From Candidatus Micrarchaeota archaeon (GTDB taxonomy: Archaea > Micrarchaeota > Micrarchaeia > Micrarchaeales > CABMGC01): a stretch of DNA of 64,000 nt. The notes below the pieces were generated by a model, which saw nothing but the letters and a program-made list of their open reading frames with translations, was not told the origin of the DNA and searched no databases. Within the stretch, counting starts at the first letter, position 1; each line of letters begins with the position of its first letter. Below are positions 56,884-64,000 of the stretch, piece after piece. The stretch spans positions 3,707 through 67,706 of the forward strand of contig JAJZJQ010000004.1 in assembly GCA_021851065.1 (NCBI GenBank). The letters are read 5' to 3'. The position numbers and the translations under genes were made by a program.

Positions 56884-57678
56884 ATGGTGGCAGAGACCCA
56901 GGAAGTCAGGAGCGTTGAATTGCATCTGTGCATGGACTACCGTATTGAAGACACTGATGCAACTGACGCGTGGAGACTAATCACTCAAACCGGATACGGC
57001 AGGAAAGACGTAGCAGTGGTGCGAAGCGCAGGACCAATCCCATTTCTTGATGATTTAAGGGAACGTGCAAGTAATTCCAACCTCAAACTCGTAATTTTCG
57101 CAACGCACAACCAATGTGGCATGGCAGGCGCAGTATTCTCGCATATCAGCGGCGTGCAGCTCAAGGTAGCCCCAGAGACCCTCAACGCAATAATAACGCT
57201 TGCAGACGCAGTGAAAGAAGAAGCGGGCAAAACAGAAACGGCAATAACATCAAGCGGAGATGTAGAGAAATTCATGCCTGCCGCAATAAAGGGCCTTGTA
57301 GAAAAGAAGCTTAAGGAAGCAGGGCGTACTGATGTCAAGGTCATGTTCACATCCCCGCTTACTGTCTCCAGTGGGCAGCATGTCAACAACGTCATTGCCG
57401 TGATCGGACTTACGGACTCCACTGACATGGAGCTTAAGACAGCTGCAGGGACGAATCCGGCATATGTGGTGCGTGCCACACGCCCTGACCAGGCTATGCT
57501 GAGCTTAGATATTGCAGGCGGTGGCCTTGGAAAGACAGAATTTGTTCTAATGCCTGGCAGTCAAAGGTGGTCAGAAGCTACGCGTGCGTGCAGCAATTCT
57601 CTGTCGTCCCTACCAACCTTGCCAAAGGGTGCAACTGTGACTTTAAAGCCTGCAATAAATACAAAGATAAAGCTTTAA
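56884..57678 (+). CDS. beta-class carbonic-anhydrase-like protein with C-terminal extension
   Basis: ATG at 56884 (GTG at 56875). CMDYR (C-x-D-x-R), VVRSAG and THNQCGMAGA (H-x-x-C-G) appear in the canonical order and spacing. Confidence 0.55.
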   Translation: MVAETQEVRSVELHLCMDYRIEDTDATDAWRLITQTGYGRKDVAVVRSAGPIPFLDDLRERASNSNLKLVIFATHNQCGMAGAVFSHISGVQLKVAPETLNAIITLADAVKEEAGKTETAITSSGDVEKFMPAAIKGLVEKKLKEAGRTDVKVMFTSPLTVSSGQHVNNVIAVIGLTDSTDMELKTAAGTNPAYVVRATRPDQAMLSLDIAGGGLGKTEFVLMPGSQRWSEATRACSNSLSSLPTLPKGATVTLKPAINTKIKL

Positions 57679-57792
57679 ATGAATGCAGAGGAAGCCCACA
57701 CCGTTTACGGGTGGGGGGATGTCACCTTCGCATCAACCTCTGCGAGGTCTGTGGCGCACCAACCTTTTTAAGCAATTGCCGCACTATTCCTA

Positions 57793-58686
57793 ATGAGGGC
57801 CATGGCAACCAAATCCCTGCACGATATTGCTGCGAAGGAATGTGAAGATGAACTAACAGACTATACTATCTATCTTAAGCTGTCACAGGTAGAAAAGGAC
57901 TCAAGGTATGTGAAGACATTCTTACGCCTAAGCGACATGGAGCACGGCCACTACGACTTCTGGAAGAAATACTGCAAGAATGCCGATCCCAAGCCCAGCT
58001 GGTACAAAGTCTCAAAGTTCATGGTTCTTAGGAGGGTCTTCGGCCCATCCTTTGCGATAAAGCAGCTTGAAGGCAACGAATCCCAAGCCATAAGGAAGTA
58101 CGAGTCAATGCGCCACCTTATCCCACAGAAGGACAGGAGGGAGTTCGAGTCGGTCATAGCCGACGAGAAGGAGCATGAGCAGCTCTTTGCGAGCCATGTT
58201 GCCGGATCCTACGTAAAATATGTCTCATTCGTAGTGCTTGGCCTTGCCGACGCTCTGGTCGAGATAGCAGGCATACATGCAGGGTCTCTTGGAATATACA
58301 ACTCAACCGAGCTCACCGGGCTTGCGGGAATAATAGCCGGCGCTGCTGCCGCGCTTTCCATGGCCTCTGCGGCATACGCGCAGGCAAAGCACGGATTCGA
58401 GGGATCTCCAAGGCTTGCTGCAGTGTACACCGGCGCTTCGTACTATGCAAGTGCAATAGTCCTTGCGCTCCCATACTTTCTTACAAAGGCAATGGCGCTA
58501 GCTATGGGATCTTCCCTGATAGTCGGCATTATCATAATAGCGTTCGCAAGCTGGTACAACTCCATAATGACTGGCAGTGATTTCAGGCGCAACTTCATAG
58601 AGCTTGCCGGGATAATGCTTGCAGCCACTGCAATTCTTTTCGTCTTCGGCTTCATAATACGAAGCACGCTTGGCATAACTATCTGA
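57793..58686 (+). CDS. ferritin-like domain fused to a VIT1/CCC1 iron-transporter membrane domain
   Basis: N-terminal E-x-x-H pairs (DMEHGHYDFW, EKEHEQLF). C-terminal five hydrophobic helices. Confidence 0.7.
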   Translation: MRAMATKSLHDIAAKECEDELTDYTIYLKLSQVEKDSRYVKTFLRLSDMEHGHYDFWKKYCKNADPKPSWYKVSKFMVLRRVFGPSFAIKQLEGNESQAIRKYESMRHLIPQKDRREFESVIADEKEHEQLFASHVAGSYVKYVSFVVLGLADALVEIAGIHAGSLGIYNSTELTGLAGIIAGAAAALSMASAAYAQAKHGFEGSPRLAAVYTGASYYASAIVLALPYFLTKAMALAMGSSLIVGIIIIAFASWYNSIMTGSDFRRNFIELAGIMLAATAILFVFGFIIRSTLGITI

Positions 58687-58835
58687 ATGCGGTTTCACTA
58701 TAGTCTGGCTGGTATCTAAACCTTTTTATATCTATTCTTATATAAGATCTTATATTAGATCCAATCTATGGGTCATAGGGACTGTGGATTATTGTGGCGA
58801 GTGGATATTGCAAATGCGGGCCCTTCAGGGTCAAC

Positions 58836-59153
58836 ATGATGCCACAGGGCATGCTCAAGCCCTATATCCTGTTTCTAGTCTCCAAGAAACCCATGCACGG
58901 TTTCGAGATAATGGACGAGATATCATACAGATCACACGGCGTATGGGCGTCAGGGCCTGCTGCGATATACCCTGCTCTAGCCTGGCTTCGCGCGAAAGGT
59001 TACGTAAAGCCCGCATGGAGCACTCTAAGAAGCGAGAAGGCAAGACGGCAATACCGGATAACAAGGAAGGGCGCAGCGGCCGTCATGGGCTACAGGGATT
59101 TCGAGAAGGAATGGTTCGAGAATCTGGGCAAGCTTAAGGACCTATTCAAATGA
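58836..59153 (+). CDS. PadR-family transcriptional regulator
   Basis: MLKPYILFLVSKKPMHGFEIMDEI. The ORF GTG at 58794 is an alternative start. Confidence 0.7.
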   Translation: MMPQGMLKPYILFLVSKKPMHGFEIMDEISYRSHGVWASGPAAIYPALAWLRAKGYVKPAWSTLRSEKARRQYRITRKGAAAVMGYRDFEKEWFENLGKLKDLFK

Positions 59154-59186
59154 GGTTCGGCGCAGATTGTGTTAAATGGTGTCTAA

Positions 59187-59843
59187 ATGACTTTACTGGA
59201 CGACAAGGACAAAGTGGCGATATCGGAAATACTGTCGAAGGGCATGTCTGGCGATGTGAATCTGCTCTTCTTCTTCGACACATCCAAAGACAGATGCCAG
59301 CTATGCAGTATGGCATCAGAACTGCTCAGTGAGCTCTCCTCCATCGACGCAAGAATCAGGCTCACTGCCTATGATATCAACAGGGACAAGAAGGAAGCCA
59401 AGTTCCTTGGTATAGACAAGGTTCCTGCAATTATTGTGGGTGGGAAGAAGATATACAATTCCATCTACTTCGGCATGCCGTCCGGATACGAGCTCTCATC
59501 ACTTCTTGGAGACATAATAGACGCTTCCAGAGGCATGACGAGCCTATCCAAAACAACAAAGGAAAAGCTCAGTACCATAAACAGACCCATTGACATAAAG
59601 GTGTTCGTTACTCCTACGTGCCCGTATTGCCCCAGGGCAGTGAGGACGGCGCATCAGTTTGCCATGGAGAACCGCAACATACGCGGCAGCATGATAGAGG
59701 CGCAGGAATTCGCGGAACTCTCAAGCAGGTATGGTGTCATGGGTGTGCCAAAGATTATCATAAACGACTCGATAGAGCTCGAAGGCGCGCAGCCTGAAGA
59801 GGTTTTTCTGGAATACGTGCTCAAGGCAGCCGCCAGCAAATAA
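59187..59843 (+). CDS. pdo: protein disulfide oxidoreductase (two thioredoxin folds, glutaredoxin-like)
   Basis: 218 aa with two CxxC sites: CQLC and CPYC. Confidence 0.8.
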   Translation: MTLLDDKDKVAISEILSKGMSGDVNLLFFFDTSKDRCQLCSMASELLSELSSIDARIRLTAYDINRDKKEAKFLGIDKVPAIIVGGKKIYNSIYFGMPSGYELSSLLGDIIDASRGMTSLSKTTKEKLSTINRPIDIKVFVTPTCPYCPRAVRTAHQFAMENRNIRGSMIEAQEFAELSSRYGVMGVPKIIINDSIELEGAQPEEVFLEYVLKAAASK

Positions 59844-59894
59844 GCGGCATTGCTGCAGCCTAAATTATTGCGCTCTTCAGCCCTTAATTAGTAT

Positions 59895-60020
59895 CGCGCA
59901 GGGTGGGATTTGAACCCACAATCCCCGAAGGGACCGGTTTGCTTGTCGCATCATCTATAAATCAGCTCTTGAAGTCAGAGAATTCAAGACCGGCGCAATA
60001 CCGGATTTTGCTACCTGCGC
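59895..60020 (-). tRNA. tRNA-Ser (anticodon UGA) with a 43-nt intron at 37/38
   Basis: Reverse complement: GCGCAGG TA GCAA..TTGC G CCGGT CTTGAA [TTCTCTGACTTCAAGAGCTGATTTATAGATGATGCGACAAGCA] A ACCGG, long variable arm TCCCTTCGGGGATT, GTGGG TTCAAAT CCCAC CCTGCGC G. The intron segment TTCAAGA pairs with exon TCTTGAA. Confidence 0.8.
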
Positions 60021-60067
60021 ACAACAGTTCTATGGTGAGCAGATATATAATAAATGCGTTGCGCCTC

Positions 60068-60499
60068 TCAGCCAAGAACCAGCATGGTCTTGGTCCTTAC
60101 TACTCCTGCCTTGGAGTCAATGTAGCTTAGCAGCAGTTCCTTTAGGTGCTCTGAACTCCTCGCTATTATCTTTATCAGCATATCGGCGTCGCCTGTTATC
60201 AGCGCCCCTTCCCTCACGTATATTATATCCATCAGCTCCCTGAGCAGCTGGTCCTGGCTCTTTTTTATCTTCTTGAGAAGGTCCACATCTATCGTTATGA
60301 ACACATATGCAGCTATCGGGAACCCGGCTTTCTTCCAGTCGATCTCGCCCCTATAGTGCATTATTGTGCCGTCATTCTCAAGCTTCTTCATCCTGAAATG
60401 CACTGTGGATAGTGGGAGATTCAGTTTCCTTGAGATCTCCGTGTACTTCACCGTGCCGGAATCTACAAGTCCTAGCAGATCCTCGCTCGCCTCGTCCAT
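60068..60499 (-). CDS. Lrp/AsnC-family transcriptional regulator
   Basis: HTH YTEISRKLNLPLSTVHFRMKKLENDG plus a C-terminal RAM-like domain. Confidence 0.85.
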   Translation of the reverse strand: MDEASEDLLGLVDSGTVKYTEISRKLNLPLSTVHFRMKKLENDGTIMHYRGEIDWKKAGFPIAAYVFITIDVDLLKKIKKSQDQLLRELMDIIYVREGALITGDADMLIKIIARSSEHLKELLLSYIDSKAGVVRTKTMLVLG

Positions 60500-60629
60500 G
60501 ATTGGATAATATCTAATATACTATATATACCTTTTGATTATTATTGTATCTTATTTCATAATTCTGGAGAAAATTATATATATCTCTTTAAGTCTATTGC
60601 TATTCTGCATCAGTGGCATGTGGATAAAA

Positions 60630-62309
60630 ATGTGCAGCATAGTGGGCATATTCGATTTCAAGGAAGGCAATTCAGCGCAGCTTAGGGAGAGGGCGCTAAA
60701 GATGTCGGCCTCTATGCGCCACAGGGGGCCGGACTGGAGTGGCAACTATTGCGATGGGCGCGCAATACTCGCGCACGAGAGGCTTTCCATAGTTGACGTG
60801 GAACACGGGGCCCAGCCGCTCATAGACTGCGCCACTGGCAGCGTCCTTGCAGTCAACGGGGAGATATACAATCACACCGAGCTCAAAAAAGAGCTAGCAA
60901 AGGAGCACGCCTGGCGCACCAAATCTGATTGCGAGATACTGCTTTACCTGTATGACGAGTACGGCACATCTTTCATAGACAAGCTCAACGGCATATTCGC
61001 ATTCGTGATTTACGATAGGAACAAAGGCACCTATCTTGTTGCAAGAGATCACATAGGCATAGAGCCGCTCTATATTGGCTGGGACAGCTCTGGCGTAACG
61101 TACGTGGCCAGCGAGATGAAGGCGCTTAGCACGTATTGCGAAGATCTGATGGAGTTCCCACCAGGCTGCTATTACGACAGCAGCCTGGGCAGGAAGAAGG
61201 AATTCACAAGATGGTACAAGAGGGGGTGGATGGATGCGGTTCCATCCCGCAAGGTGAAGCCGCAGGAGATAAGAGAAGCGTTTGAAGCAGCCGTAAAAAG
61301 GCAGCTGATGTCAGATGTCCCCTACGGCGTGCTGATATCAGGGGGCCTGGATTCCTCAATAGTAGCATACATCGCCCAGAAGCACAGCAGGCTAAGGGTC
61401 GAGTCAGGAGATAAGGAAGAGGCATGGTGGCCAAGGCTACACTCATTCTCCGTAGGCCTTGAGGGATCACCTGACCAGGCATATGCAAGGAAGGTTGCGG
61501 ATCACATCGGCACAGTGCACCACGAGATAACATTCACAATACAGGAAGGCCTTGATGCGATAAGGGATGTGATCTACTACCTCGAGACTTTCGACACCAC
61601 AACGATACGCGCCTCTACGCCGATGTACCTCATGGCCAGGAAGATAAAATCAATGGGAATAAAAATGGTGCTTTCAGGTGAGGGATCTGACGAGCTATTC
61701 GGCGGATATTTGTATTTCCACAAGGCGCCAACTCCAAAGGAATTGCACGAGGAACTTGTAAGGCTTATAATGGGGCTTAGCAAGAAAGACTGCCTTAGGG
61801 CCAACAAGTCGATGGCAGCATGGGGCATTGAGCTGCGCCCTCCGTTTCTTGACAAGGAATTCGTCGATCTCATAATGGGCATGGATCCGCAGCAAAAGAT
61901 GTGCGGCGAAGGAAAAATGGAGAAGAGTATACTAAGGGAGGCATTTGAAGGAGCTATACCGGAGGATGTGCTATGGAGGCAAAAGGAGCAGTTCTCTGAT
62001 GGTGTGGGCTATGGGTGGGTCGACTCGCTAAAGAGATTCACTGAGGAGCACGTAACTGACAGCATGTTCGCGCAGGCTGCCAATAAGTTTCCAACGCAGA
62101 CTCCAACATCCAAGGAGCAGTATTACTACAGGGAAATATTCGATGAGTTGTTCACAAGCAGGTCGGCGCCGTCCACCGTTCCTGTAGGCCTCTCTGTAGC
62201 ATGCTCTACTCCTGCAGCCATGAAGTGGAGCAAGGACTTCAGGGTAGACGACCCGTCCGGCAGAGCTGCGATAGGCGTGCACAAGCAATCCATTGATACG
62301 TCACGATAA
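60630..62309 (+). CDS. asnB: asparagine synthase (glutamine-hydrolysing)
   Basis: The start is set at MCSIVG (Ntn catalytic Cys2). PP-loop LISGGLDSS. Confidence 0.9.
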   Translation: MCSIVGIFDFKEGNSAQLRERALKMSASMRHRGPDWSGNYCDGRAILAHERLSIVDVEHGAQPLIDCATGSVLAVNGEIYNHTELKKELAKEHAWRTKSDCEILLYLYDEYGTSFIDKLNGIFAFVIYDRNKGTYLVARDHIGIEPLYIGWDSSGVTYVASEMKALSTYCEDLMEFPPGCYYDSSLGRKKEFTRWYKRGWMDAVPSRKVKPQEIREAFEAAVKRQLMSDVPYGVLISGGLDSSIVAYIAQKHSRLRVESGDKEEAWWPRLHSFSVGLEGSPDQAYARKVADHIGTVHHEITFTIQEGLDAIRDVIYYLETFDTTTIRASTPMYLMARKIKSMGIKMVLSGEGSDELFGGYLYFHKAPTPKELHEELVRLIMGLSKKDCLRANKSMAAWGIELRPPFLDKEFVDLIMGMDPQQKMCGEGKMEKSILREAFEGAIPEDVLWRQKEQFSDGVGYGWVDSLKRFTEEHVTDSMFAQAANKFPTQTPTSKEQYYYREIFDELFTSRSAPSTVPVGLSVACSTPAAMKWSKDFRVDDPSGRAAIGVHKQSIDTSR

Positions 62310-62321
62310 TCAGGTAATGTC

Positions 62322-63743
62322 ATGGGATCCGAAGATGCGATAGGGGGAGCTATTGGGCTGCTAAAGCAGCACAGCGTAAAATGGGTTGACCTGCAGTTCA
62401 CGGATCTGCTTGGCAGGCTGCAGCACATAACAGTTCCAGCCAGGCAATTCGACAGGGACGCATTCGCCACGGGATTCGGTAAGCTTGACGGCAGCAGCAT
62501 AAAGGGATTCACTGAGATCTACGAAAGCGACATGGTATTGATACCGATTCCTGAGAGTACAAAGCTAATACCATGGGCACCTGGCACTGCAAGGGTTCTT
62601 GCGCAGGTACATAAAGGCGCAGGGGAGGGAAGATTCGCCAAGGACCCAAGGAGTGTTGCCGAGAAGGCCGAGGCGTACCAAAAGGAACTGGGATATGCAA
62701 GCTATTTCGGCCCAGAACCGGAGTTCTTCATATTCGATGCAGTGAACATGGACGTATCGCAGCCAAACGCGGGCTACGGTTATAAGATCCAAGCACGCGA
62801 GGCCCCTTGGAATGGCGGCGGAGGATATATAATAAGGCACAAGGAAGGCTACTATCCTGCAGAGCCTGTAGACCAGCTTGGAGATATAAGGAGGGAAATG
62901 GTGACTGTGCTATCCGACGTGTTTGGGCTTGAGATAGAGGCAACGCACCATGAGGTTGCAACAGCAGGCCAGGGCGAGATAAACTTCAAGTACTCTACTC
63001 TTGTAGATACTGCCGACAAACTGCAGACCCTCAAATACGTGGTAAAAAACGTGGCACACAGTCACGGGATGGTAGCAACTTTTATGCCCAAGCCAATGTT
63101 TGGTGACAACGGCACTGGCATGCATACGCACTTCAGCCTATGGACAACTGCGGGAAGGAACACTATGTACGACAAGGACGACGCATACGCCGAGATCAGT
63201 CAGGAGGGCAGGTATGTTATAGGCGGAATACTCAGGCATGCAAGAGCTCTATCAGCGATAGTCTCGCCCACCGTGAACAGTTATCACAGGCTCATACCTG
63301 GCTACGAGGCACCAGTGTACCTTGCATGGAGCAGGTCCAATCGAAGTGCAGTGGTGAGGGTGCCTACATATTTCAAGGGCGTGGAGAAGGCCAAGAGGAT
63401 AGAATACCGGGCTCCGGATCCGACTGCCAACCCATATCTCGCACTATCTGCGATGCTTATGGCAGGGCTTGATGGCATAAGGAACAAGATAGATCCCGGT
63501 TCCCCTGTTGTAGATGAGAATATATGGCATATGGATGCAAAGAGGAGAAAGGAGATGCACATAGGCGAGATTCCCCGCAGCTTGAATGAGGCTCTAGACG
63601 ACCTGGAGGAAGACAACGCTTTCCTAAGGCCGGTGTTCGGCGGCGAGTTAATAGACACATATGTGGAACTAAAGCGGGAGGAGTGCAGGCTCCTTGCATC
63701 ATATCCCCATCCGATGGAGATATACCAATATCTGGATGGCTGA
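62322..63743 (+). CDS. glnA: glutamine synthetase type I
   Basis: [20 protein letters not shown]-binding signature, 473 aa. Confidence 0.95.
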   Translation: MGSEDAIGGAIGLLKQHSVKWVDLQFTDLLGRLQHITVPARQFDRDAFATGFGKLDGSSIKGFTEIYESDMVLIPIPESTKLIPWAPGTARVLAQVHKGAGEGRFAKDPRSVAEKAEAYQKELGYASYFGPEPEFFIFDAVNMDVSQPNAGYGYKIQAREAPWNGGGGYIIRHKEGYYPAEPVDQLGDIRREMVTVLSDVFGLEIEATHHEVATAGQGEINFKYSTLVDTADKLQTLKYVVKNVAHSHGMVATFMPKPMFGDNGTGMHTHFSLWTTAGRNTMYDKDDAYAEISQEGRYVIGGILRHARALSAIVSPTVNSYHRLIPGYEAPVYLAWSRSNRSAVVRVPTYFKGVEKAKRIEYRAPDPTANPYLALSAMLMAGLDGIRNKIDPGSPVVDENIWHMDAKRRKEMHIGEIPRSLNEALDDLEEDNAFLRPVFGGELIDTYVELKREECRLLASYPHPMEIYQYLDG

Positions 63744-63858
63744 TCCGTTATGGCCTAAGCTATGGATCACAGTTGATCTAAGGCGTCATTTTGTCTGGCT
63801 GCCTGATGCGTGGTGCTGCTACAGGGAAGCCATACATGATCCGGCCTGCACCGCTGCT

Positions 63859-63999
63859 TCAGTGCCTTCGTAATCTGATGAGGGCTGTCGCAGCCGTTAC
63901 CCCGAGTCCTACACCAAATCCAGCCAGTATCTCAATCGGCCTGTGTGCCCCTATGTCAGATTTGTTAAATCCATCCTGGATACCTGCAGCGACCGCTCC
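63859..63999 (-). CDS. partial CDS (C-terminus), possibly a PAP2-like membrane protein
   Basis: Hand-translated: ..GAVAAGIQDGFNKSDIGAHRPIEILAGFGVGLGVTAATALIRLRRH*. H-x-x-x-(D/E)-x-x-A-G resembles PAP2 motif C. Runs off the window edge. Confidence 0.3.
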   Translation of the reverse strand, partial: GAVAAGIQDGFNKSDIGAHRPIEILAGFGVGLGVTAATALIRLRRH

Positions 64000-64000
64000 C

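Noticed and set aside
59940-59985. C/D-box sRNA hidden in the tRNA-Ser intron (GATGATG and CTGA elements).
   Set aside because: The box order is wrong, with CUGA elements 5' of the UGAUG element. The C box is imperfect, and 43 nt is too short for a full C/D/C'/D' RNA.
60534-60629. Hydrophobic N-terminal extension of asnB (MIIIVSYFIILEK...).
   Set aside because: Class II amidotransferases need Cys as the first residue after Met removal. MCSIVG at 60630 satisfies this, and the extension lies in the AT-rich promoter.
1-64000. I looked for CRISPR arrays, rRNA genes, IS elements/transposases and integrases.
   Set aside because: I could see no regularly spaced direct repeats, no rRNA-like conserved stretches, and no DDE or tyrosine/serine-recombinase motifs in any listed ORF. 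A proper repeat-finder or HMM scan could still find degenerate remnants.

Overview
Archaeal chromosomal window. Supporting evidence: e-type ribosomal proteins, RFC large subunit, Rpo4, two-subunit PheRS and a tRNA with a BHB-type intron. The lineage looks DPANN/Micrarchaeota-like or Thermoplasmata-like, but I cannot assign it from sequence alone. There are about 80 features.

Housekeeping blocks:
- rfcL, pheST and rpoF (0.8-7.2 kb)
- an arginine block: GNAT, DDAH-like enzyme, argG, argH and tRNA-Arg (10.6-14.7 kb)
- a compact ribosomal-protein operon from rnp1/S17 to S5 (43.9-49.9 kb), truncated at both ends
- asnS, and Lrp-asnB-glnA (54-64 kb)

Four very large Cys-containing surface proteins rich in N-x-S/T sequons are interspersed (7.3, 19.8, 31.7 and 40.3 kb). 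One is a 1963-aa mosaic of YVTN propeller, clan GH-A hydrolase, PKD-like repeats and DUF2341/LamG. It sits next to a DUF929 + VKOR + GT2 cluster.

Most unusual regions:
1. An AT-rich islet between tRNA-Gly and tRNA-Phe (23.2-27.3 kb) carries three toxin-antitoxin cassettes: hicB plus a stop-disrupted hicA, a relE pair plus a methyltransferase, and vapBC. Each cassette is bounded by direct partial copies of the tRNA-Phe 3' end, and no integrase is present. A stand-alone C4HC3 PHD-like zinc finger lies in the same islet.
2. An orphan operon (50.2-54.1 kb) encodes a 1043-aa protein with nine ~40-aa helical repeats and a transglutaminase-like partner that appears to lack the catalytic Cys.
3. Two unannotated mini-ORFs are tied to the ribosomal operon: a 55-aa TM peptide between rpl14 and rpl24, and a 37-aa hyperbasic peptide after rps5.
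4. A palindromic operator candidate lies in the arginine block.

No CRISPR array, rRNA or transposase was seen. All family assignments rest on motif recognition by eye, and no database search was run.
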